A program made the position numbers and the translations under genes. DNA of 64,000 nt from positions 310,001 through 374,000 of the IMG/VR virus record IMGVR_UViG_3300028840_001395; one strand, written 5' to 3'. The notes under the pieces are model-generated. The model had not been told where the DNA came from. It worked only from the letters and a program-made list of their open reading frames with translations, and made no database searches. Positions 37,310 through 47,530 of the stretch are shown in pieces; position 1 is the stretch's first letter, and the number at the start of each line of letters is the position of its first letter.

Positions 37310-38689
37310 GAGGAAAAAGACGGTCGCATCCTCGTCTTCGACCTCCTGGGGCACCTGCACACCCAGCCGGTCAACCACGACCTCGTATTCCTGGCCCGTA
37401 GCGGCCTGGGCCATCCTGCGGCGTACTCGCAGGATGCTGGGTGCCACTCTCACTCTTGTCCCCGGCCCCGGAGCGAACCCCACAGGCCCTCCATCGTTGC
37501 CCAGCACCATCTTCAGCCGGTAACTCCCAGCGTTGGGGCCGTCCGAGAACACCAGAATCTCGCCCTCGACGGCCAAAGCCCAGTTCTGGCTGTCATCCTC
37601 GACCACATCCCCTGTGACCGTCGCCGTCCCAGTCAGCCCAGTCGGGATTGTCGTGTATTCCCGCGCCACTGGGTCAGTCCCAACTGGGAAGGCCAGGATC
37701 TCCTCGACCCGATACCGACCGATGTGTCCCTCATCCGTCGAAGCCGGAGTGCCCTCGATGCCCCCGACATGGATGGAGTTCGGGCCGGACAACACTGTCA
37801 GATAGGCACCTACCTGAACCGATGTGAAGTCCCGATAGGGGTCGCTGAACAGCGTGCGGTCAGTCAGGGTCTCCCCTTCCGTTCCTGCAATTCTCTTGGC
37901 CCCGAGGCAATAACGCCGAAAATCCTCATAGTAGTAGTTCGACCACTCGAAGCTGTAAGACTCCGAAAACAGAGGGCCAAACGCCTCCCTGAACAGGAAT
38001 CGGAAGTCATACAAAGTGTGGGCAGGCTTGAGGGCTCGCAGGACAATCCTGACGTTGTTGACGAGGGTGAACGGGTCGTCGGGGAAGTCCGGCAGGATGA
38101 CAGTGGTTTCGCCCACGGTGAGGGTTCGGGTGTCCTCGACGTTGATCTCGAAGGAGAACTGGTCATCGAAGCCCCAGGCCGAAGTGCCCTTGAGCTTCCG
38201 GTCTTCGATGACCTTCTCGATCACCTCGACCGTGGCGTCGGTGAGAAGCTCAACACCCTCCTTGACGGTCTTCTTGGTGGCTCCCTGGAGCAGCAAGATG
38301 ACCATGCGCTTGAGGAACTGGCGGTAGGAGATGTCACCGTCGATCTCGGGCCAGCCGTCCGTCCGGGCGTCCGGGAACACCAGAGCACCGAGAATCTGGT
38401 AGAGGAACTCCGACCGCGTGTAGTCGTACACCGAGTCGGCATAGACCTCCTGGGCCGAGATCTGGAACTTGGCGATCTGCTCGGCTGCCGCCTGGTAGCG
38501 CAGGGTGTAGAAGGGACCGGGGACATCCGACACGTAGTTGGACGGCAGCAGTTGGAGGAACACCTCCATGATGCGGTCAACCTGACTCCGCTCGGCGTCG
38601 ATGCGATCCTGCGAAGGCTTGTCTACGGGAGCAGGGTTCTGCTCCAGCAGAGAGGGCAGCATCGTCTTGTCAGAAGGCTGGTCTGCCAT
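37304..38689 (-). CDS. Baseplate wedge subunit, P2 gpI-like
   Basis: YRQFL..LLQGAT..GV..LT and LKPAHT motifs, immediately after the J-like gene. Confidence 0.75.
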   Translation of the reverse strand: MADQPSDKTMLPSLLEQNPAPVDKPSQDRIDAERSQVDRIMEVFLQLLPSNYVSDVPGPFYTLRYQAAAEQIAKFQISAQEVYADSVYDYTRSEFLYQILGALVFPDARTDGWPEIDGDISYRQFLKRMVILLLQGATKKTVKEGVELLTDATVEVIEKVIEDRKLKGTSAWGFDDQFSFEINVEDTRTLTVGETTVILPDFPDDPFTLVNNVRIVLRALKPAHTLYDFRFLFREAFGPLFSESYSFEWSNYYYEDFRRYCLGAKRIAGTEGETLTDRTLFSDPYRDFTSVQVGAYLTVLSGPNSIHVGGIEGTPASTDEGHIGRYRVEEILAFPVGTDPVAREYTTIPTGLTGTATVTGDVVEDDSQNWALAVEGEILVFSDGPNAGSYRLKMVLGNDGGPVGFAPGPGTRVRVAPSILRVRRRMAQAATGQEYEVVVDRLGVQVPQEVEDEDATVFFLR

Positions 38690-41600
38690 CAGACTCTCCG
38701 ATTCCCTCCGGTCAGCAGCCGCGCCCGGTCTTCGTCCTCATCGTAGCTGAAGTCCAGATCGCCAAGCTCCAGGAACTCGGTCGGACCCGGCTCGATGTTC
38801 TTCACACCCTCGTCTCCGTACACGACGTAGGTGGCCGTGTAGTCGTAGTTCTCGGGAGTGTCACCCTTGGCTAGCGACACCAGAATCCGCCGCTGGGTGA
38901 TCTCCTTCCGCTTGTCATCGATCTCGGCATCCGTGGCGAACGGATACTGCTCCTTGAGCGTCGTGTCGTCACTGTATCCGGGGATGAACAGACCGTCGTT
39001 GCCGATGATGAATGCCCGCCCCGCTGCGTTCTTGATGGGGATGCCATTGAGGTTGGGCGGGTCGTTGTAGATGATGAGAGGTTCCTCGCTGGCGAAAACC
39101 CCACGCGGGTCGTTGATCTCGCCCCCACCGTTGACCGTGCCCGACTCCAACGGATTGACCAGCAGATACACGTCCACCAACTCGGTAGACCAGTCCGATA
39201 TCAAGGAGAAGTCGATGTCCTCGTCCGTGGTCACTTCCTCCCGGATGACCAGGGAACCGTCCGTCTTGGCCAACCTGACCAGCGGAACCACGGTGTAGGA
39301 CACTCCAGCCACCGTCTCGATCACATCGATCACGTCACTCTGCCGGACAGGCTCACCCAGCACCAGCGACCCGAAGAACCGAGCCAGTGCCGTCCGCACC
39401 GCGCTGTCCACCGTCGAGGCCGTCTGGTTGGGCTGAAGAACGAGGGTGCCCCAGATGTCCACCCCGACCGGAGCAGCCTCCTTGGTCAACACGTCTGCCG
39501 TGACGTGGCGGGTGTCATCCAGGTCATCCTGCACCACTCCGACCAGGGAGTTGTAGGTGTAGGTGACCACGAAGTTCTCGTCATGCTGGTAGTCCACCAG
39601 CACCGTCTGGCCTTCCACGATGCGAGAGCTGGCTGTCGGAAGGATGCCCAGTGGAGTGCCTTCCGACTCATCTACGAAGGTGAAATCGGGAGCCACGTTC
39701 GGCTCGTAGGGGCCATAGTACTCGATGGTGCGCTCGTCGTTGTACACCCGGACGGTGATGGGATTGATGCCGAGATTGTTCAGGTATTCGGCCCCATCGA
39801 GGATGACGTGCTCCTCGTTCTCGACCGGGATGGGGTCACCAGAAGGAACAGTCACCGGAGCCGAACCATCTGTGGGCTGGATGACCTGTACGTAGTCTCC
39901 GGCCTCGTTCGAGCGCCCCATGTCGAGGGGCAGGCTGCCAGGGAACAGCTTGTAGGTCGAATCGAGCAGCGTTCCCGACACGGTGCCGGTGAACTCGGTG
40001 ACCTCCCGGACGGGCTGCCGGGTCATCACGTAGCGGTCGCTCGTCCGGAAGCGGTAGGAACCCGTGAACACGTCCGTCAGGAAGATGTTGGTCGGGTCGT
40101 TGTAGGTCGATGAAAGCTGAATCCCGTCCGGCGGGATGATGGTCACATCGGTCAGGTCGAACACCTTGCCCGTGGTGATGTCCTTGAACTCGAAGCCCCA
40201 GTCGGGATTGTCCAGCATCTCGATGATGGGGTTGGAATCGTTGATATCCGCATTGATGGCCCGGAACTTCAGGTTGCGGATGTCCCCCACGGGCTCGAAC
40301 TGACCGTCCTCCACGATCTCGAAGGAGAAGGCAAAGGCATCGGTGACGTTGGAGAGGTTCTCTCCACGAATCCACACGTCCACCTTGCCGCCCACATGCT
40401 CCCCGGTCGCGGGGTCGCGGTCACGCTGCATCAGGACGTTGCCCGCGTCCACCACGATAGTCTGGAGCACGCCCGGCACATCGATGGCATTCTGGATGTA
40501 GCCCTGGTAGGTGCCAGAGTCCACCGAGGCCAGCACGCGGTCAGCCCGAGCCGCCAGGTCGCGGTTGCTCTCGACATCCCGGCCACCGAAGGTTGCCCCC
40601 TCGTTGACCACCTGGACGCCCGCCGGGCCGCTGATGATGCTCGTGATCTGCCCCGCAGCGAGGTTACCCGCCAGGCCCGGCTGCTCGGCCTGGATGAAGG
40701 CTCGGGCCGAGAAGCGTCCCGTCTGGGGGTTGTAGGTGGTCTGTGCTCCGCTGGACGTGATCTGGGCCGCCGAAGTCGTGCGGAAACGGACGCTGCCGCC
40801 TCCGGTGATGGTGCCGATGGGCATGAAGCGGGTCGTGTCGGGCCGTCTGGTCGTGTAGAAGGTGACTTCGCCCCGAGACTGGGTGCCGGGGCGACGGGTG
40901 ATACCCCGCCTGGCAGCAAGCTGGTCAAACATGTTGTCGATGAGATTCTGCACATCACCGTTCGTCTGAAGGAAGAACGCCTGCTTGATGGCCAGCTTGT
41001 AGGGAGACTGCTCGACCGGGATGCTTGACCCCGAAAAACCGGGGTCATCGATCACCAGGAGGGTGGCGAAGGACTGGGCTGCTTGCATGAAGTTGACGAT
41101 GAAGCGGACACGCTCCGCCTCGGTCGAGAACGGGTCGATGTAGGTGTCCCGCTGGACAGAACCAGGCTTCACGTCAAGCTCAGGGTGCGTCCTGAAAATG
41201 GAGCGCACCGTGTCCCGCACGATCTGCTGCCGACTCACGGTGGGCAGGGCCGAGATGCCGGGGGTCACCGTCAGCGGACTGGCAGCAACCTCGGGCGAGA
41301 AGGCCGACTCATACTCCTGATCCTCGATGAGATACACCGCCGTCGCCACGTAGTAGAGCGGGTCTTCGTCCGGCAACGCATTGAACTCGGAGTTCGGCAG
41401 GGCCGGATAGGGTGTCGAGGTCGGCGTGGCCACACGGTCATGGGTGAAGGAGAACTGCTGGGTCAGCCGGATCGAGTCCACGTTCACGACGGTCTTGACC
41501 CGTGTGACGGTCTCGGGCACTTCGACTACCTGGTCGAAGTCTGTCTGGATGATGTTGCCAAGCTGGTCGGTCTGCTGACCGACGTAGCGCAGGTAGAGCG

Positions 41601-42210
41601 GGTCGGCTGCGGGACTGCCATCCTCATTGGTGGCGATGAGGTCATCCACGGTCAACTGGCCCAAGGAGTCGGTGTCCTCAATGGTCTCACTGGAGATGAC
41701 CATCGTGGGGTTGATGCGCTTGAACCCTGTGGTGCCCCCACCGGGGTCTGTGGCAGCGTAGAAGTGGTAGCCGACGACGTTCTGATCCTCGATACCCTCG
41801 ACGGTGATCGTGACCACCCTGTCCTTCCGCTCCACGAAGATGCCGGAAGGGGCGATGACGCCCGCCTTGATATCCCGCTCCAGGGAGAGTTCGGCCTGCA
41901 CACGACCAGAGGCCGTGACCTCCCCATTGGTCAGAATCGACCGCACCTCGATGATGTTGTCGCCGGGGAACAGTTGCAGGCCCTCGGGATAGGCCGAAGG
42001 GTTGGGGACGGTGAAGGTCTCACCCTCGAACACGATGCTGTCCGGGTCAGAGGTGAATCCGCTGCCCCTGATGGATACCTGCATGTCTGCCGTGTCGGGC
42101 GACATGACACCCCGGAAGAATCGGGTCGAGATGTCCGTGGTGAAGATGTATTCCGCGCGCAGCACCCCATCGGGTCCCATGAAGCGGGGAGTCTTGCTCG
42201 CTGTCGCCAT
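38689..42210 (-). CDS. Baseplate J-like wedge protein (enlarged, 1173 aa)
   Basis: DVKPGSVQRD, GITRRPG..GEVTF, AEQPGLAGNLAAGQI, GGRDVESNRDL, GKVDVWI and LGEPVRQSDVI..VAGV. Confidence 0.88.
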   Translation of the reverse strand: MATASKTPRFMGPDGVLRAEYIFTTDISTRFFRGVMSPDTADMQVSIRGSGFTSDPDSIVFEGETFTVPNPSAYPEGLQLFPGDNIIEVRSILTNGEVTASGRVQAELSLERDIKAGVIAPSGIFVERKDRVVTITVEGIEDQNVVGYHFYAATDPGGGTTGFKRINPTMVISSETIEDTDSLGQLTVDDLIATNEDGSPAADPLYLRYVGQQTDQLGNIIQTDFDQVVEVPETVTRVKTVVNVDSIRLTQQFSFTHDRVATPTSTPYPALPNSEFNALPDEDPLYYVATAVYLIEDQEYESAFSPEVAASPLTVTPGISALPTVSRQQIVRDTVRSIFRTHPELDVKPGSVQRDTYIDPFSTEAERVRFIVNFMQAAQSFATLLVIDDPGFSGSSIPVEQSPYKLAIKQAFFLQTNGDVQNLIDNMFDQLAARRGITRRPGTQSRGEVTFYTTRRPDTTRFMPIGTITGGGSVRFRTTSAAQITSSGAQTTYNPQTGRFSARAFIQAEQPGLAGNLAAGQITSIISGPAGVQVVNEGATFGGRDVESNRDLAARADRVLASVDSGTYQGYIQNAIDVPGVLQTIVVDAGNVLMQRDRDPATGEHVGGKVDVWIRGENLSNVTDAFAFSFEIVEDGQFEPVGDIRNLKFRAINADINDSNPIIEMLDNPDWGFEFKDITTGKVFDLTDVTIIPPDGIQLSSTYNDPTNIFLTDVFTGSYRFRTSDRYVMTRQPVREVTEFTGTVSGTLLDSTYKLFPGSLPLDMGRSNEAGDYVQVIQPTDGSAPVTVPSGDPIPVENEEHVILDGAEYLNNLGINPITVRVYNDERTIEYYGPYEPNVAPDFTFVDESEGTPLGILPTASSRIVEGQTVLVDYQHDENFVVTYTYNSLVGVVQDDLDDTRHVTADVLTKEAAPVGVDIWGTLVLQPNQTASTVDSAVRTALARFFGSLVLGEPVRQSDVIDVIETVAGVSYTVVPLVRLAKTDGSLVIREEVTTDEDIDFSLISDWSTELVDVYLLVNPLESGTVNGGGEINDPRGVFASEEPLIIYNDPPNLNGIPIKNAAGRAFIIGNDGLFIPGYSDDTTLKEQYPFATDAEIDDKRKEITQRRILVSLAKGDTPENYDYTATYVVYGDEGVKNIEPGPTEFLELGDLDFSYDEDEDRARLLTGGNRRV

Positions 42211-42211
42211 A

Positions 42212-43390
42212 TTAGCTCCCGTCGTTTAGCAGAAGCCGAGCACCGTTCGGGACATTGATCCGGCTCTGGCCAAGTCCGGCGGCCTCCGTCCCGAGCATGA
42301 GGCCATTCGACCCCATCAGGGCCACCACATCGGGCACCGTGAACACGATTGTCAGCTCGATGGGTTCCCCCGAGGCGTTCTGCACTGTCAGGTCGATCAT
42401 GTAGGTCGTCGGATCTTCCTCATGAGGATAGACATCCACCGACACAATCGAGTAGAGGCGCTCCTTGAAAGTGACTTTCTGGTACTTGGCCTGGTCCTCC
42501 TGCAAGCTCTGGTAGCGACCCAACGCCTGGCGAACATCATCGCTCAAGACGGAAGCCACTCCAGCCAGCGCCTTCTGGCCAATACGGGACCGGAGAGTTG
42601 TCCCATACCAGGCGTGGTATGGGTTGCTCCCCTGGTCGGTCAAGAGGATCTTCAGGGCCGCCTGATAGAGCAGGTTCTCATCTTGGATGAGCAGGGACTT
42701 GCCATCAGGAGAGAAGCGGAAGTCGTTCTCGATATAGGTGGCCTTGCAGCGGAGACAACGGTTCACCGGCACCGAGTAGGTCACCTTGAACATCGGGTTG
42801 CCCCGGACAGCCTGGATGAACTGCGGGAAGCGGTTGGTGATGGTGTCCGGCCTCTGGGCCAACACCCAGCCAGGATAGATCATCTTGCCCTGGGCTCGAT
42901 ACTGATAGCCCACCGTCGCACAAGGTCCGGCCCCGAACCCCAGCGTGGCAGCCATCGTGCCGCCCACCTGGACATAGGAGTCGGTGCCCACCGTCGAGGT
43001 GTCACTGAACAAGAGGTGGCCGTTCGAGTTCTCGGCCAGTACTACCGAGAGATTCTGCTGGAGCATCGCCTTGATGATCTGGTCAGTCGTCATCCGCTGG
43101 GTGCCTGTGACCCCGAAGGAAAAGGTCTCAGACCCCCGAGGAGATGTGATTGTCAGGGTGTCCTCGTTCTCGGTAACGTCGTAAGGCCCCGAGATAGATG
43201 AGAAAATCCGACCGACCGAGTATAGCCCCGCCTGGGGGATGAAGACCTCGTTGTTGACGAGGATACGGACTGTTCCCGCACCAGCCACGGGTTGCCGGGT
43301 CGGAAGAGAGCGCCGGTTGCTCCCCAGGTTGACCACTTCCTCCATCGTCATGTGAGGACAGGGCCAAGCTAGCTGAAAGTCCTGCGACAC
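42212..43390 (-). CDS. Baseplate wedge/sheath-initiator gp25 (GPW)-like protein with N-terminal extension
   Basis: C-terminal LYQAALKILLTDQGSNPYHAWYGTTL. It precedes the J-like gene and has a GTG start after GAGGTG. Confidence 0.8.
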   Translation of the reverse strand: MSQDFQLAWPCPHMTMEEVVNLGSNRRSLPTRQPVAGAGTVRILVNNEVFIPQAGLYSVGRIFSSISGPYDVTENEDTLTITSPRGSETFSFGVTGTQRMTTDQIIKAMLQQNLSVVLAENSNGHLLFSDTSTVGTDSYVQVGGTMAATLGFGAGPCATVGYQYRAQGKMIYPGWVLAQRPDTITNRFPQFIQAVRGNPMFKVTYSVPVNRCLRCKATYIENDFRFSPDGKSLLIQDENLLYQAALKILLTDQGSNPYHAWYGTTLRSRIGQKALAGVASVLSDDVRQALGRYQSLQEDQAKYQKVTFKERLYSIVSVDVYPHEEDPTTYMIDLTVQNASGEPIELTIVFTVPDVVALMGSNGLMLGTEAAGLGQSRINVPNGARLLLNDGS

Positions 43391-43415
43391 TACGTCACCT
43401 CATTGAAGGAACCGT

Positions 43416-43430
43416 ATAGCCTAGACACCG
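43416..43430 (-). promoter_or_regulatory. Candidate late promoter CGGT-N7-CTAT (cggtgtctaggctat)
   Basis: Lies 25 nt upstream of GTG 43390. Confidence 0.55.
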
Positions 43431-43443
43431 GCCCGCCCGCACG

Positions 43444-44334
43444 TCAGCCTCCCAAAGGATCTCTGATTTCAGAGGGTTCGTCCTCAAAGGTGAAGTTCAG
43501 GAAGGCCACACGGGGAGCCGCCTTGTAGGCCTGGACTGTCCCGTCGCTCCGCATGTCATAGATCTGCTCGTACATGTCCTGCACGAGGTTCTGCACCTGA
43601 AGGTCACGACTGAAGCGGTCTTCGTTGAACTCCCCGACGCCCGTGAGGGCTCCCCCGAACGCAGACACCAGGACTTCATCCACCTCCTTGAGAAGCTGCT
43701 CTCGAAGGTCGCAGAGCTTGATGATGCGCCACTCGATATCCTGCACCCGCTCCTTGATGTCCTGCTTGGCCCAGCGCCGGATCGAGTGCATGTAACGGAC
43801 GATGGTGTTCGAGTCGAAGGCCCCCCGGCTCATCCGGCCACCCATCCGAGCCGGGTAGTAGCGGTCGGTGTTCAGATAGCCCCCCTCGTAGTCCCCGAAG
43901 CCCGAACTGGTGCCCGTCTTGGGCTGCGGGTCGTTGTATTCGACCGACCTGGGAGCCACGACGCCACCGTGGGGGTATCGCTGCATGGACTGGGTGGCAT
44001 TCCCTCTAGCGTCCGCCTCCAAGACCTCTGTGCTGTCCGGATACATGAACGGGGAGATGTCGAGAGGATTGCCCCCCTGGGCGACATAGGCCCGGCAGAG
44101 GCGCTCCAGGGAGGAACCCTTGGTGACCCCGAAACCCACCCGCTGCTCGGTCAGGGTGGTCTGCCCGTCCTCCGTCTTGGATGCGTAGTAGACCGTGATG
44201 AAGCCAATGCGGGAGATCTCGGCCTTGATTGCAGCGATACGGGCTGCCACAGTCCGGCGGTTCCGGAGGAGCCAACTGGAGTAGGCCCGGAAGTATCCGA
44301 CCGGCCAGACTGCGAGTTTCTGGAACGAAGCCAT
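43444..44334 (-). CDS. Hypothetical baseplate-region protein (296 aa)
   Basis: GAGGA RBS, tight packing and GC3-rich codons. Confidence 0.8.
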   Translation of the reverse strand: MASFQKLAVWPVGYFRAYSSWLLRNRRTVAARIAAIKAEISRIGFITVYYASKTEDGQTTLTEQRVGFGVTKGSSLERLCRAYVAQGGNPLDISPFMYPDSTEVLEADARGNATQSMQRYPHGGVVAPRSVEYNDPQPKTGTSSGFGDYEGGYLNTDRYYPARMGGRMSRGAFDSNTIVRYMHSIRRWAKQDIKERVQDIEWRIIKLCDLREQLLKEVDEVLVSAFGGALTGVGEFNEDRFSRDLQVQNLVQDMYEQIYDMRSDGTVQAYKAAPRVAFLNFTFEDEPSEIRDPLGG

Positions 44335-44342
44335 GTGTCCTC

Positions 44343-47297
44343 CTAGAGCACGTCCGGCGGCGGATCCGGCGGCGGTGGTGGCGGAGGCGGCAGTTCCTCG
44401 GCATTGATCGCATCGGAGGGGGTGCTCCCATCCGACAGGGTAGCTCCAGGCTGCGGAGACTCTCCGGGCTCCACTTCGAGAAGGGCCTTGATGATGTCGT
44501 AGGCGAAGGCCGGGCCACCGGGAATGACGATGGCGATACCGGCCCCGAAGGCAAGAGGGCTGTCGCTGGGCTTGTTGTCCGCTGACACGAGATCGGAGAG
44601 CACTCCCGCCGACCCGTCAGAGATGAGCATGAGCGCCGAGCACTGGGGGATCTGGAACATAAAGCCCAGGATGGTCTGGATGAGCGAGTTGATGCGCCGA
44701 ATGAGCTGCTGGATCTCGATGACGCGGGCCTCCACGAACTCGATGTACTTCAGGATGGTGTCCACGATGGACTGGATAGACGCCCGGATCTGCCGCATCC
44801 AGTTGACAATGGCCTCCAGGAAGTCCTCCATCCCCGGCACCGTGTCGAAGAATCGGATGACCTCCCACGCTCCGTCCTCGGGACTCCGGCTCAAAGCCGC
44901 AGCCGCGACGTTCAAAGCCGTGGCTGCCTGGCGGAACAGGAGGCCGTCCTGATACTGGTAGAGCAGGTTGCGGCAGAAGTACATGGCCGCCTGGTCAGAC
45001 GGCGTGTATTGACTGTAGTAGGTATATTGGGACTCGATAGCCCAGCGGTTGATCACGAACACAGGCGAGTCATCCGCCGACCCCTCAAGGAACTCGTTGT
45101 CCCGGTAGTAGAGCATCGCCTCATACTCTGACTCGGGAACAAGGATGCTGCCGTCCTCCTGGATGAACTTCTCGTAGAAGATGCGAAGGCCAGGAGCAGC
45201 CAGGGTCATCAACTCCTGGGCCTGTTCGGGGTCTGCCGTGGACAACAGGTAGAACGAGTCGTCCGGCGGAGTCCGAGGAGCCTCCATGAAGTGCGGCTTG
45301 CGGTCTCGGATCACCGCGTCTCCCAAGTAGAAGAGATCGGTCACCGTTCCTTCTGGCAAGCCCGCACAGAATGGGTTGAGGGCCAGCCCGAAGTCGGGGT
45401 TCGCGCCCTTCCTCTCACCCGACTCGACGGCTTCCCAGAGGGTCATCTGGGCGACCTCCTCGGGGAGTGCCCTCTCCATTCCGGGATGCACTTCCTTGAA
45501 GATATCGCCCCAGGTGATCGTCCGGAGAAGTTCGGTCTGCTCGACAATGGCCTTCTCGACGCCGGGCATCGGCCCCGAAGTCGAGAAGAAGTCATTGATC
45601 GTCCGCTCGATGCGCCTCCGCAGGTCGCTCCTGAAGGAGAGAGGAACGCCGTCCTTCTGCTGTCGCTCCTTGGCGTAGTCGTCGTAGAGGAATCCCAGGA
45701 GGTGCTTCAGGGTCTCCAGGCCACCGGGTTGCAGGGCCACACCTTCGAGAACGAGCTTGTCATCGATGATGAGACCAAGTTCCTCCGGGGTGAGCGTGTC
45801 CTCGATCTCCGCCACCGTGGTCAGGTCTGGCCGGGTGAGGGCCAGAATCAGGAGTGCCGACCGCAGCGATTGCATGTAGGCCAGCGTGTTGGCGTTCGGG
45901 AAGGTGATTTCCCGTGGAATCGAGAACTCGCCCACGTCCGACACACCGACTGTTGCATCGGTGAGTCCGACCGAGAGCGGGATGCTGGTGGCGTCCTTCT
46001 TCCCGGCAGCGGTGGGGAAGTCGAACTTGTACTCCTTCTCCCCGCTGGAGATGGCGTTGGTGCAGGTGGCGACCCGGACATAGACCGTGGTGGCATGGCC
46101 GTCCGCGTTCACGACCATCTTGTTGTCCTCGATGGTGATGTCCGCTTCGAGGGGCATGTTCTCCAGATTGAGGACGATGGAGTACTCCTCGGTGACCCAC
46201 TGGGAGCCTGCTACCGTCATGGGCACGAAGTGGGTCGCCTGGAAGACCGGCTTCCCTCCCTGGGTGAGTTCTTCCAGAGGGATGACCGCATCCTTGGCCG
46301 GGTTCTGGAGCCCGTAGACACGGGTAACACCGTTCTTGATATTGCCGTCACTGTCGATGGAGTCGTTGTACGCCATGCTGGGGGCGGTCTTGAGCATCTC
46401 CGCCCCACCGAACAGAATCAAGGGCTTCCCGTCGAAGGCCCTCCGCACCACGTCATACTGATGCGGCTGAACCTTCTTCTCGGGGTCCGCCACGCTCGGT
46501 TGCAACTCGGTGTTCGCCACCGTCCGGTCATAGACGATGGGGATACCGTCCGGGAACGTCGAGAGAGTGACCAGGAAACCGCCCGGCATGTAGAGGTCAG
46601 TGAAGGGCAGGAACGGATCCTTCCTGCCTGGCGGGGTGATCTTCCACTTGATCTCGACCAGATTGGGCGGAGTCCTCTCGGTCCCGGCATCCCCGTCACC
46701 GTCGAGGTAGGGGGCCAGGAAGTAGGAGGCCAGCGTCTTGGGGTAGAAGATGCTCGTGGCGCTCATGTCGTAGCGGATGTCCGTGATGAAGGGGACAGGG
46801 AGCCCGCTGGTGGGCCGGAAGGTCATCTGGAAGTAGGCCATCAGCTTGAGGATGAAGTCGATCAGCCGCTCGATCTCCGATACGTCCACCGACAGGTAGA
46901 AGAAGAAGCTGAGCACCTTGGTTCGGGCCGACACGTCAGGCCGGGTCGGATCCGTCCGGTCGGTGAGCCGGGCGATCATGCGGCGCTCGTACTCGGAGAA
47001 GCCACCCCGGAGCAGGTCGAAGGGGTAGCCGGGGTTCATGATGAGCCCCCAGTCCCCGGTGACGTAGAAGCCCAGCTTCCGCAGATCTTCGAGCAACGCC
47101 TCCAACTCATCAATCACGGCCTGGACAATGGCCAGGATAGGATTGAGGTAGCCCGTCAAGAAGGACTTGGCCAGATCCATCGCCGCCAGCACCAGATCCA
47201 AGACGGAGACGAGGAACTCCGCGATGTCGTTGATTCCCTCCCGGAGATCCTTGAGGAAATCCGGAATCTGGAAGGATACTGTTCCCCACTCTGACAT
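44343..47297 (-). CDS. Hypothetical baseplate-region protein with amphipathic helical termini (984 aa)
   Basis: TGATG coupling, long amphipathic helices at both ends and a poly-Pro tail. Confidence 0.8.
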   Translation of the reverse strand: MSEWGTVSFQIPDFLKDLREGINDIAEFLVSVLDLVLAAMDLAKSFLTGYLNPILAIVQAVIDELEALLEDLRKLGFYVTGDWGLIMNPGYPFDLLRGGFSEYERRMIARLTDRTDPTRPDVSARTKVLSFFFYLSVDVSEIERLIDFILKLMAYFQMTFRPTSGLPVPFITDIRYDMSATSIFYPKTLASYFLAPYLDGDGDAGTERTPPNLVEIKWKITPPGRKDPFLPFTDLYMPGGFLVTLSTFPDGIPIVYDRTVANTELQPSVADPEKKVQPHQYDVVRRAFDGKPLILFGGAEMLKTAPSMAYNDSIDSDGNIKNGVTRVYGLQNPAKDAVIPLEELTQGGKPVFQATHFVPMTVAGSQWVTEEYSIVLNLENMPLEADITIEDNKMVVNADGHATTVYVRVATCTNAISSGEKEYKFDFPTAAGKKDATSIPLSVGLTDATVGVSDVGEFSIPREITFPNANTLAYMQSLRSALLILALTRPDLTTVAEIEDTLTPEELGLIIDDKLVLEGVALQPGGLETLKHLLGFLYDDYAKERQQKDGVPLSFRSDLRRRIERTINDFFSTSGPMPGVEKAIVEQTELLRTITWGDIFKEVHPGMERALPEEVAQMTLWEAVESGERKGANPDFGLALNPFCAGLPEGTVTDLFYLGDAVIRDRKPHFMEAPRTPPDDSFYLLSTADPEQAQELMTLAAPGLRIFYEKFIQEDGSILVPESEYEAMLYYRDNEFLEGSADDSPVFVINRWAIESQYTYYSQYTPSDQAAMYFCRNLLYQYQDGLLFRQAATALNVAAAALSRSPEDGAWEVIRFFDTVPGMEDFLEAIVNWMRQIRASIQSIVDTILKYIEFVEARVIEIQQLIRRINSLIQTILGFMFQIPQCSALMLISDGSAGVLSDLVSADNKPSDSPLAFGAGIAIVIPGGPAFAYDIIKALLEVEPGESPQPGATLSDGSTPSDAINAEELPPPPPPPPDPPPDVL

Positions 47298-47530
47298 CAG
47301 CGCCCTCCGCCGAACTGCAGCCGATTCAACTGCTCACGGAGCTGAAGGATCGTCTTTCGGTCATCCTCCACCGCACCTTCCAAGAGGGTCTTCAGCTTCT
47401 CCAACGCCACTTTCTGACGGTCAACCATCGGCAGCCGGACGGTACGCTCGGGGGAATCGCCCCACTGGCCTGGGTCGAGGCCTAGCTTCTTCAGAAGCTC
47501 CTGGATCTCCTTCAGGTCAGACTCATTCAT
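47297..47530 (-). CDS. Small coiled-coil protein (77 aa)
   Basis: ATGA and TGATG couplings on the two sides. Confidence 0.75.
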   Translation of the reverse strand: MNESDLKEIQELLKKLGLDPGQWGDSPERTVRLPMVDRQKVALEKLKTLLEGAVEDDRKTILQLREQLNRLQFGGGR

